The position numbers were made by a program, and so were the translations under genes. A DNA stretch of 64,000 bases, taken from NCBI RefSeq assembly GCF_009914755.1, contig NC_060925.1. The stretch is one strand, 5' to 3'. The DNA comes from the human T2T-CHM13v2.0 reference genome, Homo sapiens. Positions 45,785-64,000 of the stretch are shown here, piece by piece (within the stretch, counting starts at the first letter, position 1; the number at the start of each line of letters is the position of its first letter). The notes below the pieces were generated by a model, which worked only from the letters and a program-made list of their open reading frames with translations, had not been told where the DNA came from and did not search any database.

Positions 45785-46779
45785 GCCCTGAGACTCCCGA
45801 GGCTCTGCATCGGCGCAGCCGGTGTCATCTAGCGGCCGGCAGTTCCGAGCGACTTGGGGTCCTTGTGCCTCGGAGTGGCGTCTGGGAGCAAAGGCGGCGG
45901 AGGCAACCCCGCAGTTGAGGACAGTAGGGATCGGTGGCTTTGGACCCTGCCCACGGATACCTGGGGCCCCATGCCCCGAAGGAATGGTGCCTTCTGCCCT
46001 CCCCCGCCCCCCAACATCCGCCACCTCACCGAAGCGCCCGGCACCTTAGCCTCCTCTCCAGGAAAGCGGACGCCTTTTCCGACCTGGCACACCGCGGATT
46101 CCCGGACCCCCAACAAAGGCGCCTTGGACCTTCAGGACACCCCTCTTTTCAGAACTTCATGAGTCCCAGGTGCTAGACTCATGTCTGCGGAGGCCTTTCC
46201 CGTGCCTGGTCTTTCTTTCTTAAAGGAGTTGGACCTCTAAAGGCCCTTCTAATTCTCAAGGTAGCTACCCAGGTTATGGTACTACTATCAGTAGGTGGAG
46301 CGTTTAGAAGGGTAGTTTGGTCGACGAGTGAACTTTGGAATTTACTTCTACGTCAGTCTTCACTGATTCTTTCTCTAAACTATTAGCACTGATAATCTGC
46401 CCTATAATTTCACACTTAATTACATTCCAGTGTAGTATTTGCTGTTGCTTCATTCGCGTTAGTCACATATTCCCCTGCAGCGCCAAACACGCTTTTGAAC
46501 TCACAATGGGTGGCTCAATATTTGGAGACTTAGATATTTGTTAGATGAATACTAGGCTGATTGGATGAGAGGAAAAGGAGAGGCATGAGTGAATTGGCCC
46601 TGGGTACTTTTTTGACATAGTCTCAAAGGGTTCAGATAAAGACCTCCAGCAGATCTGAGCACACAATTCCTTCAGTAAACATTGAACACCTGCCGTTTGG
46701 TCAAGCATTTCTAGGCACTGGAGATTCAAAGTATTCACATATTCCTTTTCTTTATAAGACTAGCAAGATTCTGAAGATT

Positions 46780-47770
46780 CATGTACTCATTCACTCAACA
46801 AATATTTGCCAATCACTACTAAGGTTGCCAGACACTATTTTAGTGCTTGGGATGTATCAGTAAACAGAAGAGAGAGAGAAAACAAATACCCTTCCCTGTT
46901 GGAGCTTTCATTCTAATATAAGGAGAAAGATGATAAACGTAAGAGAATTATGTAATATGTTAGAAGGCATATGGGGAAAAAAAAATACACCAGGGTAAGG
47001 GGTATGAGGAAAACTGGAGGAAGGGGGTTTGCAATTTTTTTTTAAGAGGGAATCCTGCTCTCCCGCCCAGGCTGGAGTGCAGTGGCGCGATCTCAGCTCA
47101 CTGCAACTCCCGGGTTCAAGTGATTCTCCTGCCTCAGCCTCCTAAGTAGCTGGGATTACAGGCGCGCGCTACCACACCCGGCTAATTTTTGTATTTTTAG
47201 TAGAGATGGGGTTTCACCATGTTGGCCAGGCTGGTCTCAAACTCCCGAACTCAAAAGTGATCCGCGCTCTTCGGCCTCCCAAAGTGCTGGCATTACAGGC
47301 CTGAGCCACCGCGCCTGGCCTGCAATTTTAAATAGAGCCGTCAGCATGGGCCTCATTTATAAAATGACTTTAAATCGGAGACCTGAAAGAGCTGAGGGAG
47401 TCAGCCATGCAGTTGTCTGGGGAAGAGTGTCCCAGGCAGAAGGAACAGCTAGCTGGTGGAAAGGCCTGGAGACAAAAGCCTCGGGAAGTGTTAAAAATAA
47501 TGAGAAGGCCAGGACGGTTGGAGCCGTGAGCAAATGGGAGCCTAATGAGGAGATAAGATCAGAGAGAGGGGTCTCAAGTAGGGAGCTGTAGGAATCTTGG
47601 CTGAAACAGAACCACTGCTGGGCTTTGAACAGAGGAGTGATAGGATCTGACTCGTGCTTTCAAAAGATCACTCTGGCCGCCGTGCTAAGAGCAGAACTAA
47701 GAGGACAATGGTGGAAGCCAGAGGCTCCATTACCCAGGTACAGAATGATGGCTTGAACTAGATAGTAGCA
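46780..47770 (-). mobile_element. L2 fragment interrupted by AluS (47035-47320, minus)
   Basis: cattcactcaacaaatattt...aaagatcactctggc; Alu TSD tgcaattttt. Confidence 0.8.
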
Positions 47771-47798
47771 ATGAGTAAGATAAATAAGATGCAGTCTC

Positions 47799-48212
47799 AG
47801 CCGGGCACAGTGGCGCTTGACTGTAATCCCAGTTATTAAGGAGGCTGAGGCAGGAGGATAGGATCACTTGAGCCCAGGAGTTCAAGTGCAGCCCGGGCAA
47901 CACAGCAAGCCCCCATCTCTAAAAAATAAATAACGTACAGTCTGTCTATGGTCTCCCAACACTTAGGCAGAGGCGGAAGATTGCGTGAGCACAAGAGTTC
48001 AAGACTAGCCTGGGCAACATAAGGAGACTGTCTCTACAAAAATAAAAAAATTAGCCGGCAGGGTGGTGTGCATCCTTGGTCCCAGCTATGTGGGAGGCTG
48101 AGATGGGAGGATTGGGCCCAAGAGGTCAAGGCTGCAGTGAGTTGTGACTGCGCCACTGCACTCCAGCCTGGGTAACAGAGTGAGACCCTGTCTTTAAAAA
48201 AAAAAAAAGAGA
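47799..48212 (+). mobile_element. Alu monomer (47799-47930) followed by a 5'-degraded AluJ (47953-48212)
   Basis: Alu motifs; monomer TSD aaataa...cagtct. Confidence 0.85.
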
Positions 48213-48559
48213 GAGAAACTAGACTTAGCTCCAAGTCTGGAGCTTTTGGGGTTTTCTTCCTTTATAAAAATTTTTTAACTTTATAGAAATGGGATCTCAC
48301 TATGTTGCTCAGACTTGTCTTGAACTCCTGTTTAGCACCACCTCTTACAAGTGTTGGGCAGCTCCGCTTCTCTCACTTGTCTGGAATTCTAAGGCACTTC
48401 CCTGAAGTGCTCATCCTGAGCTAATATGGGATAGGGCTGGAGAGAGAACAGAGGTGGATAGCTGCCAGAATGAGGTGGGAAGGTGGGGATCAGCAGCCTT
48501 TGGGAAGGAAAGAAGTATGAGTCCCAGGGTATTAAAAGGTGGAGGGGCAATAAAATTTA

Positions 48560-48730
48560 TTACATATGGGATTCATACTAAATGAGTAGATTTTAGCTTC
48601 TCTTGCCACAATAAACAAAAAAAATGGATAACTGTGTGAGATGATGGCTCTGTTAATTTGCTTCACTATAGTGACTTTTTGACTATCCCATAACATCATG
48701 TTGTGTACCTTAAATATATAGATTTAAAAA
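48560..48730 (+). mobile_element. L1MA 3'-terminal fragment
   Basis: ctaaatgagtagattttagc...cataacatcatgttgtgtaccttaaatata. Confidence 0.75.
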
Positions 48731-48752
48731 AGTGGAGGAGTATCTCTCCTCA

Positions 48753-48938
<186 letters not shown>

Positions 48939-51347
48939 CTAGGATGGCCAAAGCAGCAGGGGGAATTCTGGAACATTGTGAGGAGGAAAAGCTTAAAGCC
49001 TAGATTGAGAAGGCAGACCTAGATTCAAGTCTAATATTCCATAGCTTACTTCCTTTGTGCCTACATCAGTTATTTAGTTTCTCTTAGCCTCTGTTTCCCT
49101 GCCTATAATATGGGAACAATAATCATAGCTATGTAGCAAAAGAGACCATGCACAGGCTGCCAAAAATAAAGGTCCCCAAGACAGCTGTTATTATTTATAA
49201 GGTCCCAGTGTCAGCACAGAAAAGAGTATAGTAGTTGACTGTCTTGGGAGACGGGAGTGGACTAGAAGGGAGGGTGCAGAGCAGGATAGCCTTCAAAGAG
49301 GAGATATTATCCAGCTCAAGGGACAGATCCTTAAAAGACACAGATTGCCCAGAGGAATGAAGTAGTGGTTTTATTGTTTTGTATTGTTTGCAATCTTGTC
49401 CTAGCTTCATCTGAATTCTGAATTCTCTGAAAGGAACACAGCCCAGAGCTGGGCTGCAATAGCCCTACAAAAACCTTGATTGGACACTGGCAGTGCTTCA
49501 ACAGCTGAGTGTTCAACACTTCACATGACCTAGACGCTAAGATAAATGAGCCTTCACCTGATCCTTTTCTCCCTCTGTATTTATTGTAAGAGGAAATCAG
49601 AAAATGAGAAATGAATTTAAAATGAGCCAAGACTTGCAAGAGGGAGAGGGAAAAACACGAGAGAGCCCCTTCTATTATTCCTAGCCCGGGAAGAGCCTTC
49701 CAGATTTCCTGGGTATCTTTATCTAATATTTTATAATTCTTGAATTAGGTTTTTTAAAAGGCTATATGTAGGCCATCTGAGAGGTCTCAGCACTACTGAC
49801 TGCTATTTAAGGAAAATGCTTGGGCATTGGTCGCTATGCACACTTAAAGAGCATTCAATAATCATTTAGCAAGCACCTACTCTATACCAGATGTTGTACT
49901 AAATACCAAGGAGTCAAAAGAGAATAAAAGAGAAGCAGACATGTAAACAGTTAATCCCAATGCAATTTGGTAGAAATTTATACTTGTGCCATGGAAACAG
50001 AAAAGAAGCAAAGCTTAATTCTGTCAAATTGGATGAGGTGGAGGGTGGGGCACAGTCACTGGGGCCAAAGAAAGCTTCATCCTTAAAAGGTAAAGTTAAG
50101 GCTAAATTTTAATAAATGAGTAGGAATTTGCCACGCAGAGATAGAAGCAAGACTGGGAGTAGAGAAAGGCAATTGGGGGCAGAGAACAGCTTGTGCAAAG
50201 TCAAAGAGGTTGGGTAGATACAAGAAAAGTAGAGGCCACAGAAGTGATAGTCTTATAAGTAGTCATTAAATATTGGTGGCTGATGGCAATAACTAACTCA
50301 TGCAGCTAGACCACATCACTCTATGTAAACCATCAAGTTCCTGTCCTCTGGTAGCTTGGTGTTAACTTCAGATTATATCAGTAAAGGCAAAATGTGATCC
50401 TTCCCAAAGACTCTACTACTTAATCATTATTAGTAGAAAGGAGTAGCTTAGTTTATTTTTTCCCAGTAGAAGGCATTAGCCTAAAATACTTTTTTTTCCT
50501 AGGCTGTCAATGATTTTGCACTAGTGCATTCATAACAATCTGCCATCCCCCACCTGCAACCCATCTCCATGTTCCTTGTAACCACCTGGTTCAAACCTTG
50601 GCTTACCTCCACTCTTAGAATCAGCCGAGCTAATTAAAAGCACAGTGAAAGACACAAAGGCACCAAGACAGCTGAGCAAACATTAACAAATGCGTAAGTA
50701 AATAAAGTACTTGTATTATGTGTAAGCAATGGTGCAGATGAAACTTGGGTGGCACTAGGAAGGGTGAGTCAGAGGATGTTCAAACAGAGTAGGATCAAGG
50801 AAAATCTCTCTGCCAGTTAGTTAGCAATATCTTTTGGGATGATAGAAAGGAACCTGGTTAGCAGGAAAAAGTAGCCAAGGTTTGCAGCCCAAAGGAACCT
50901 GAAACTCTGGTACAAACTCGGTAGTAAGAAACAATTATTTAAAGTTGCAAAGATAATTGGCTTACTTCATGCCTAATGAGCTAAATAAGAACCATCAAGA
51001 AACCCCAATGCTAGATGGAGTTTGGTGGGGGAATAGTTAACATTTACTGTTCTTTGTGTGAGTAGCAACACAATAGGCCCTTTGCATCTGTTTGGTTTTT
51101 TTAATCCTTACAGTAAAACTACAAGATGGTCATCGTGTGAAAGAAGAGGAAACAGGCTCAGTACTTTAAGTGTCAGAGGCAGGATTTGAAGCCAAAATTG
51201 TCTGATCCTAAGCCCTCTCTCCTGCCTTCAAAGACTCTAAACCAGCAGGATTGTTTACACCAATATGCGAGTCGTAAGGTCCTGGGTGAGGCACTGTGAG
51301 AAGGTGTGTTTACATCCAAGTGTCACAAATAAAGGGTAAAGAGACCC

Positions 51348-51727
51348 TGTGGAAGACTATATAATTGTTCCCAAACACTTACTGTGCCTTCCAGAATTGG
51401 ATTGTAATTTCCTATTGACAGCAGGCTTGGCTGTGTGACTTGCATTAGCTAATGAAATGTGAGTGGCAGTATGAGCCACTTCTAGCTGGAAGCTCTCAGT
51501 CAATGTGCTGCACCATGTTTTCCTTTCCTGCTGTCCTCATGACAAGCAACATTCTGGATAGAGGCTAATCCATCAGCCTCAGTCCCAGAGTGAAGACAAT
51601 GTGCAGCAAAGCCACAGCTGACCTGGGAAGGACACAGCATAAGCGAGAAAAACAACCTTTGCTGATTAGGCCACTGAGATTTTGGGGTTGATACCATAGC
51701 ATAACAGAGCCTATAATGACTAATGCA
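51348..51727 (+). mobile_element. MLT1 (MLT1I/J-like) LTR
   Basis: cttggctgtgtgacttgc...ggccactgagattttgggg...atagcataac...gactaatgca. Confidence 0.8.
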
Positions 51728-51879
51728 GACACTTTCTGAATCTTGCTCTTTAGTGACACAAATTTCTGGTGTCATCTTCAGGTAGAAAGATTGCTTGGGG
51801 ATTATGAGAAGATATAGAGAATGGGATGATTGGTGTAGTATAGTGAAAGGCTTTAAAATACAGTATTTGAGGTATTTGA

Positions 51880-52341
51880 GGCAGGGCATGGTGGCTCACA
51901 CCTGTAATCCCAGAGCTTTGGGAGGCCAAGGCATGAGGATTGCTTGAGGCTAAGAGTTAGAGACCCGCCGGGAGTGGTGGCTCATACCTATAATCCCAGC
52001 ACTTTGGGAGACCAAGGCGGGTGAATCACCTGAGGTCAGGAGTTCAAGACCAGCTTGGCCAACATGGTGAAACCCCGTCTCTACTAAAAATACAAAAATT
52101 AGCTGAGCGTGGTGGTGCATGCTTGTAATCCCAGCTACTCAGGAGGGTGAGGCAGGAGAATTGCTTGAACCCAGGAGGCAGAGATTGCGGTGAGCCGAGA
52201 TTGTGCCACCGCACTCCAGTCTGGGCGACAGAGCAAGACTCTGTCTCAAAAAAAATAAAAAAGAGAGAGAGAGAGACCCTACCTTGAGCAACATAGTGAG
52301 ACAGTGCCTCTAAATAAAAATAAAATAAAATAAAATAAAAA
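51880..52341 (+). mobile_element. Alu monomer with a full AluS (51966-52262) nested inside it
   Basis: Monomer split at agagaccc, which is repeated after the inner Alu tail. Confidence 0.88.
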
Positions 52342-52464
52342 TACAGAATTTGAAACTCAGTCAGTCTTGATCTGTGGGCTCAGACAACCCTTTATAAATG
52401 CCATGGACCATGTCATGCCCCAGAAGGTGGGGAACTTACAAAGAATGTTAAGATATAGCTCCTG

Positions 52465-52611
52465 TTTTTCTTTTCTTTTATTATTATTATTTTTAATAGA
52501 GGCAAGATCTCATTATGTTGCCCAGGCTGGTCTCGAAATCCTGGCCTCAAACAATCCTCCTGCCTCAACTTCCCAAAGTGTTGGAATTATAGGTGTGAAC
52601 TACCATGCCCA
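52465..52611 (-). mobile_element. Alu monomer (FLAM)
   Basis: Single reverse arm; TSD cctgttttt. Confidence 0.85.
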
Positions 52612-53105
52612 GCACAGTCCCTGTTTTTGAGATAAGGGCCATGCTCATTTGCTTCTATACCTAGCAACCCATCACTGTATGTGGCAGCCTCTAGGCCCTA
52701 AATAAGTAAATTTTTGTCAAATTAATGCTATGGAATAATCTGGAACTATAACTGAAGTCTCCTAACTCCCCACAAAGGCTCTTCCTGTGTTGTGACATAT
52801 TGCTAACTTGGGTTAAGGGATTATTAGTAGCTAATTTTTATATAAAATATTATGTGTACCTAATTTATTTGAAATGCCAAATAAATGAAAAATATCTGGA
52901 ACAATAGGATCTGCAGGCCCTGGAGCATGATAAATATTCAGTAAAGGCACTCAGTCCTCTCTGAAGGAATCACAAAGCATGGAAGACACTGAAGATCCCA
53001 AAGGACTTGGCAATGAGAAATCTAGCTTGAAGGGCACTGGGGACCAAGTTTTTAATGGGACCAGATTAAGAGAACATGTAGGTGAAGGTTAAATTTAGGT
53101 AAACA

Positions 53106-53490
<385 letters not shown>

Positions 53491-53646
53491 CTAATTAGGA
53501 CTGCTCAGATCTGTGGATCAGTTCTTCAAAACTAGGAAGAGATTCAACCTGTTGTTTCTACTATTCACTTAAGAAGTGACAATACTGCAAACATAACAGG
53601 CATCTAATTCTGGAGTATGACAGTGTTGGCATAATTAGAATTTGAG

Positions 53647-53922
53647 GGCCGGGCACAGTGGCTCACGCCTGTAGTCCCAGCACTTTGGAAGGCTGAAGCA
53701 GGTGGATCGCTTGAGTCCAGGAGTTCTCAACCAGCCTGGGCAACGTGGAAAAACCCCATCTCTACAAAAAATACAAAAATTAACTGGACGTGGTAGCACA
53801 CACCTGTAGTCCCAGCTACAAGGTGGGAGGATCACTTGAACCCAGAGGCTGAGGCTGCAGTGAGCCTGATCATGCCACTGCACTCCAGCCTGGGCAACAG
53901 AGATCCTATCTCAAAAAAAAAA
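53647..53922 (+). mobile_element. AluJ
   Basis: Alu with small deletions. Confidence 0.88.
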
Positions 53923-54772
53923 GTGTGAGAGAGATGAAACAAGACTGGCAAAATGTTGATGTCTGTAGAAGTTCAGAGGAGGGAACGATGGCTTCCGTCA
54001 GAATCAGGAAACAGAAAAAGAAGTAATATTTTATATTAATAAATCCCTGTAATGTAAGAGTTGGAGATTATCCTCCTCATTTTATAGGCAAGGGAAACTG
54101 AGGTCACTTTGCTAGTGAATGGCAATATAAAGACTTGAGCATCAATTCATGACTTTGAAATCCCTCCTTTTGCTAACACACCACACAGACTGCTTAAATA
54201 TGTCATCTCATATTCTATTTCAGTGAAAATGAAGAAGAGTTGCTTTACTACGTAAAGGAAACTTATTTGTAATTCCTATATCTTTCACCTTTCCTAAAGG
54301 ATCTCATTTCCACCTTTTAGCAACTATTTTGAATACTTACTGACTTATGCTGTTTTCATTATATCTCATCTAAGTTCATGATTCATCCATGGCTTGCCCC
54401 CACTTTAATATGGTAGAATAAATAAGAAATGTTTCTTTTTGCAATGATTCTTAAAGCAAAATATGCTAAAAAGGCATGTGCACACACACACACACATGCG
54501 CACACAAAGACAAAGTTTCTTTTAATGTACTTAAGTAAAGTATTTCCCTTTTTAACTATTTAGCAGTTAATTTATGGCCTATACTATGTCCACTGCCCCC
54601 CATCAGATCTCTTTTTCTGCAGTGTTAAGTATAGCCAAGCTTAACTCTTCTAGTGGGGTTTCTTGTTCCATGCTACCATGAAATATACCACCCTTATTTC
54701 TACAAATTTCATCTGGAGTTGATCTTTTTCTAAAATGAAATTTGCTAGAAATGCTGGTGAAATGAATATTTA

Positions 54773-55835
<1,063 letters not shown>

Positions 55836-55906
55836 TTCCTATTCCCCTGTATGGTTCATATAGGAAGGATAGTGGAAGAAGGAATTTGATCTGACTGAGG
55901 GTGAGC

Positions 55907-56020
55907 ATTTTTTGTTGGTTTTTTTGGTTGGTTGGTTGTTTTGAGATGGGATTTCATTCTGTCACCCAAGTTGGAGTGCAGTGGCACCATCTCGGCTCCC
56001 TGCAACCTCTGCCTCCCAGG
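55907..56020 (-). mobile_element. 5'-truncated Alu fragment
   Basis: Right-arm 3' part plus T-rich tail. Confidence 0.8.
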
Positions 56021-56442
56021 CGAGAGTGAGTGTTTTAAGGAAGAGTTTGCAGATACAGAAACACTTGACCACATCCTTGAAAAATGAGTTCAAGTTTGTT
56101 GAGGCAAAGTAGGCAGAAGAATGATTCCAAGGATAAAGGCCTGGCTCCATTCTTCAACGTGGGACATATTTGAAAAGCGCCTTCCATCTCTCAAGCTCCC
56201 TAGGGGTTGGGTGAGGTGAGATCAGATGAGATAGGTATGGCAACTGTATCACTGCTCAGATCCTTCCTCCGCCCATTCCTATCCACTAGGGTTGAACACA
56301 AAATCACACCCCCGCTTTACCCTACCCGACAAAAAACTTCTTGCCCACAAAACTCCCTCTCAGAGTCTTTTTCTCAAGGAATCTAACCTAAGACATCATG
56401 AATGATACTAACTATAATTTGCAATAGAAAAATATCATTTAT

Positions 56443-56748
<306 letters not shown>

Positions 56749-56919
56749 TATCATTTATGTATATAATGTAGAAACCTGGCTATGAAGGTCTAGCTAGGGG
56801 AAATACACATTAATTTATTCATTAAACCATCACAATGCATTTGTCCAACATTGTATTAAATAATATTCTGTATTTCCTTATATCTAAGTCTTTATTGTTC
56901 ATATAATCTTGGATAGACG

Positions 56920-58200
<1,281 letters not shown>

Positions 58201-59444
58201 TCTTAAATACTTAAAAATTTTTCCTCCCAAGAAGTTACAATTAGCATAACTTGGGTTGCAAGTTAAGAATTGCAGCTGGTATATAATTGGGCCACCATAG
58301 GACAACTGATCTTTAAGAAACCCTAAAATTAATCTAGTCCTACTGTTACCATGGTATTATTTGTCATCATTATCTTATTGTTCATCAGGTATTGCTAAGT
58401 ACTGATCATGGCATCCAGGACTGGGCTAGGAACCATGTTGTAATAACTGGCACCATTTATTCAATTCTTGCTGTAGGCCAACTACTTCATTTCGGATATT
58501 TCTAATCATCATAACAACCCCACAGTGCAAATTTTAATATCCCCATTTTATAGAAGAAAACTAAATTCAGGAAGATAAAATGACTTTCCTAAGTCCATTA
58601 GGAAATATCTAAGGCAAATGGCAAAAGCAGAGGTGGCATGTAACCCAGATATGTCTGGTGCCCAAGGCATGTCTGCTTTTTCCCTCTAACTCCCAGTCCT
58701 TTGAAAATACAACTAAATTATAAGAATAATCCCTGCCTTCAGTGGGATTATATCTGTTTAGGAGAAAGAGATTAAAGTACTAAAACAATTAAGGAATGTC
58801 AGATAAGAAAGCAGTATGTAGAAGATGAACAATGAAAATGTGTGCATTTTGCATGTGGCTTGACTGCTATAAATGAGCAATAAGGAGAAGGGGACATCAA
58901 TGTTGATTGAAGTTCCTGAAGGAGGCTTCATCAAGCAATGCAGAAATCATTGCAAATATAAAAGCTTTACCAATGAGTGAAGGGGTCCTTTGCACAAGCA
59001 TTCTCTCCCTTGGGATCCATGTCACACTGACACAAAGATTTTGTCACCATGGCAACTGGTCATTGGACCAATGAAATAATCAGTTGTCATGGTAACATGA
59101 TCTCCATCTTACTCCCACCAGGCACCTGTTCTAAATCATCACATCCTCCAACAACCTCAAACCACCTCAATGCTCCTTTCTTCTTTCTCTTAGTCACCTT
59201 GCTATCCCCAGCCACCTATGATGGCACCCCTAAATTTATGTTTAGATGGATATATGAGACTGTTAAAAAGCCAGAGCAAATGAAAGTGACTTTGTAGTAT
59301 AGAGCTGCACTTCAGAGAGGAGGGAAAACCTCTCAAATATAAGAGTTGAATGAGCCAGAGCACTGAAGAAGAGCCTTTGAAATTTTCATCCCTACATTTC
59401 CCTAATAAAATTCTTTTGGATTTTGAGACATTGCACTATCTTGA

Positions 59445-59893
<449 letters not shown>

Positions 59894-59896
59894 TAA

Positions 59897-60225
59897 ACTG
59901 CACTGCCCAGTACCATAGCCACTAGCCACATGATAGCTATTGAGCCCATGAAATTATTTATAGACATGCTGAACTGAGATGTGCTGTAAGTGTAAAATGC
60001 ATATCAGATTGTAAAGATTTTGTGTAAAAATGTAAAATATCTAATAATTTTATATTACATGTTGAAAAAACAATTTGGATATGTTTAGTACAATAAAATA
60101 CATAATTAAAATTTAATTTCACTTGTTTCTTTTTTTAGATTTTTAATATGGTTGCTGAAAATTTTAAATTGCATGTGTAGCTTGCATTCACAGCTTGTGT
60201 TATATTTCCATTTGACAGCATTGAT
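59897..60225 (+). mobile_element. MER33-like hAT DNA element
   Basis: tagccactagccacatg...actgagatgtgctgtaagtgtaaaat...ttatatttccatttgacagca. Confidence 0.78.
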
Positions 60226-60456
60226 CTAAATGTTTTTCCTAAAAACATCTCACCCATGCTCTAGGTGTCAAATATCCCCTTTATGAAATGATTTTAAGGT
60301 TCCAAATCCCAGCCTGTTTTCTGATATTCAAACCCACATTTCCACTGTCCTGCTGGCCTTTCACAGACAGGCACTAGCTCTTCAGCTCAACATGAGCAAA
60401 GCTATGACCTTTTCTTCCAAACCTGTTTTTATCCTGGTTGGCTTTATTAATCTTTT

Positions 60457-60935
60457 GTGTTAGTTCTTATTGCTGTTGTAACAACTTACCACAAACTTAA
60501 TGGCTTAAAATAACATAAATGTATTATTTTACAGCTCTGGAGGTCAGCAGCCTGAAATAGGTTCCACTGGGCTAAAAGCAAGGTTTTGCAAAAGCTGCAT
60601 TCTTCTGGAGGTTCTAGGAGACAATCTATTTCCTTGATTTATTCAACTTCTAGGAGCTGCCAGCATTCTTTGGCTCATAGCCCACTTCCATCTTCAAAGC
60701 CAGCAATGGTCGAGTCTCTCTCATGTCACATCACTCTGACACTCACTCTCCTGCCTCCCTCTTTTATTTCTAAGGACCATTGTGATTGCATTGGGCCAAT
60801 ACAGACAATACAGGATAATCTCTCCATCTCAAGATCAGCTGATTAGCAACCTTAAACTTCATCTTCAATCTTAATTCTCCCTTTCCATGTAAATTAATAT
60901 ATTCACAGGTTCCAAGGATTAGGGGATGGACATCT
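60457..60935 (-). mobile_element. MLT1 (MLT1D-like) LTR
   Basis: taccacaaacttaatggcttaaa...ccatcttcaaagccagcaatgg...attcacaggttccaaggattagg. Confidence 0.85.
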
Positions 60936-61769
60936 CACATGAAAGGGCTGGACAGAAAGGGAGAATCTGTGCGCAAGTCCAGCAAGAAAAGAAGTGATCA
61001 TCAGAACACATCAGATGGGATAGCTCTCATTGCTTTTAAAGTGGATTGCTGAGACTAATAGAGATCAGTTAAAGGGGCTGGCTGCGATAGACACCAATGG
61101 TCTAACCTCCCACTTAGTTCACTGCAAAATCTACCTTCTCCAAAACTCCATTCCTGATTACTCCTCTCCCCAAGTTACACTTTCCCTCCATGATATGTGA
61201 TAACCTTTGTATTTCCTCGGACATCTGTCTTACTCTGCTTTGTATTTTGATGAGATATTTAAGCACTTGATCTTACTTAACCTGTCTACTAGTTTGGGAA
61301 ATATTTTGTGAATAGAAACTGCTTGATTCACCTTTGTGTTTAGCCATGATGCCTAACATGGTACTTAATATATAGTAGTTTCTCCATAACTATTTCTTGA
61401 ATTTAGTTGAATAGAAACAAATCATGTTGGCATATAGTGGGTATGTTGCCACAATCACTAATTTCCCTAAACAGTGGACACTTTCTAGTTGACTTCCACT
61501 TAACTGATACTATTTCTACTATCTTAAAAGAACCATCAGTGTGAAGCCTTATAGATAATGGGCTGTTGTGCACTTGAGTTTCATGCTCATCTGGAGTCAT
61601 TTGTATTTTATTTAATAACCTATTGACATCATGTGTAGTTGATATTCTAACTAATTTATTTAATATAGTTATATAGACCAATGTACTATAAATGTCAAAA
61701 GGATGAGAGTTGTTTCTGTAAAGACTGTGTTGATTATCCTAGAAATGCAAGGAAGTGCAGCATCCTAAA

Positions 61770-63460
<1,691 letters not shown>

Positions 63461-64000
63461 CACCTGCCCCCTGGGGAGCCCCAGGGGCTGCTGACATTCC
63501 TTCATTTCCCAACACTTCTCAATCTCCCCACAGAGTGAGAGCCTGGCCTCCGTTGCTCTCAGTACATCAGAAGACACAATGACTCTGGTGCCCAGGTCCC
63601 AACCTACCAGACTCATAGAGAGTCTTCCCATCCCCATAAATCTCAGATAAAGCATCAAGCACCATATAACAGCACTGAAGACTGGTTTGCCAACTGGTTA
63701 CACAGAGAAGCTGTGTAACACAGCCCAGAAGTTAACTAACTCCCCGTAGAGCAAACTTCAACCAAGAACAAACAGAAGTGGAGCCAGAAAATAAATTATT
63801 TGCCCTTTCTCCTGTCTCTGATGCACAATTCTGAGGTGTAGCACTTCCACGAAACCTATCTGGAAGATGTCCTGGGTAACAAAGCCACAGGCTGAATTTC
63901 CTTAGGAAGCTGTGCCCAGCTTCTAACATGGTATCCTGCATTTGCTTTCTTTTCTTCCATGACTTATTTCCCTTTTCCCCTCACTCTTGTTGGCCTGGGA

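Larger units (their letters stand above)
44700..46150. promoter_or_regulatory. CpG island / FOXJ3 promoter
   Basis: Very high GC and dense CpG compared with CpG-poor flanks; multiple GC boxes (CCCCGCCC, e.g. 45654-45661); no TATA box seen. Confidence 0.93.

Noticed and set aside
44625-46176. Many overlapping 65-220 aa ORFs on both strands in the CpG island
   Set aside because: Expected from stop-codon scarcity in GC-rich DNA; low-complexity Pro/Arg/Ala/Gly; no recognisable domain. Only the frame that splices into exon 2 is kept as a hypothesis.
63465-64000. Possible ERVL-type LTR at the window end (also 56050-56395)
   Set aside because: Only vague resemblance; family cannot be assigned by eye.

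Overview
Primate (human-like) genomic DNA, rich in Alu and L1 repeats, holding the 5' end of FOXJ3 (human 1p34) on the minus strand. The CpG-island promoter and non-coding exon 1 have a donor at 45463 (GAG|GTAAGT). A ~24 kb intron 1 follows, then a 61-nt exon 2 (21343-21403) with the start codon, encoding MGLYGQACPSVTSL(R), and then ~21 kb of intron 2. Positions 46-64 kb are upstream intergenic sequence. The rest is interspersed repeats: about 40 Alu-family elements, a near-full-length old L1 with nested insertions, L1M/L2/MIR/CR1 relics, THE1/MLT1/LTR33 LTRs, and Tigger3/MER47/MER33/MER102 DNA elements. Nearly all ORFs in the supplied track are repeat or GC-content artefacts. I see no defensible new multi-gene system. 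The best leads are: (i) a possible translational-control module in the FOXJ3 leader (uORFs, a spliced overlapping ORF, and two AUGs with mutually exclusive hairpins in exon 2); (ii) a retroposed 28S-rRNA 3' fragment with A-tail and TSDs; (iii) an orphan GC-rich ~200-bp insertion inside an old L1; (iv) a perfect 80-bp AT-rich palindrome in intron 1. Repeat subfamilies were called by eye from remembered consensus sequences, and their boundaries are approximate.
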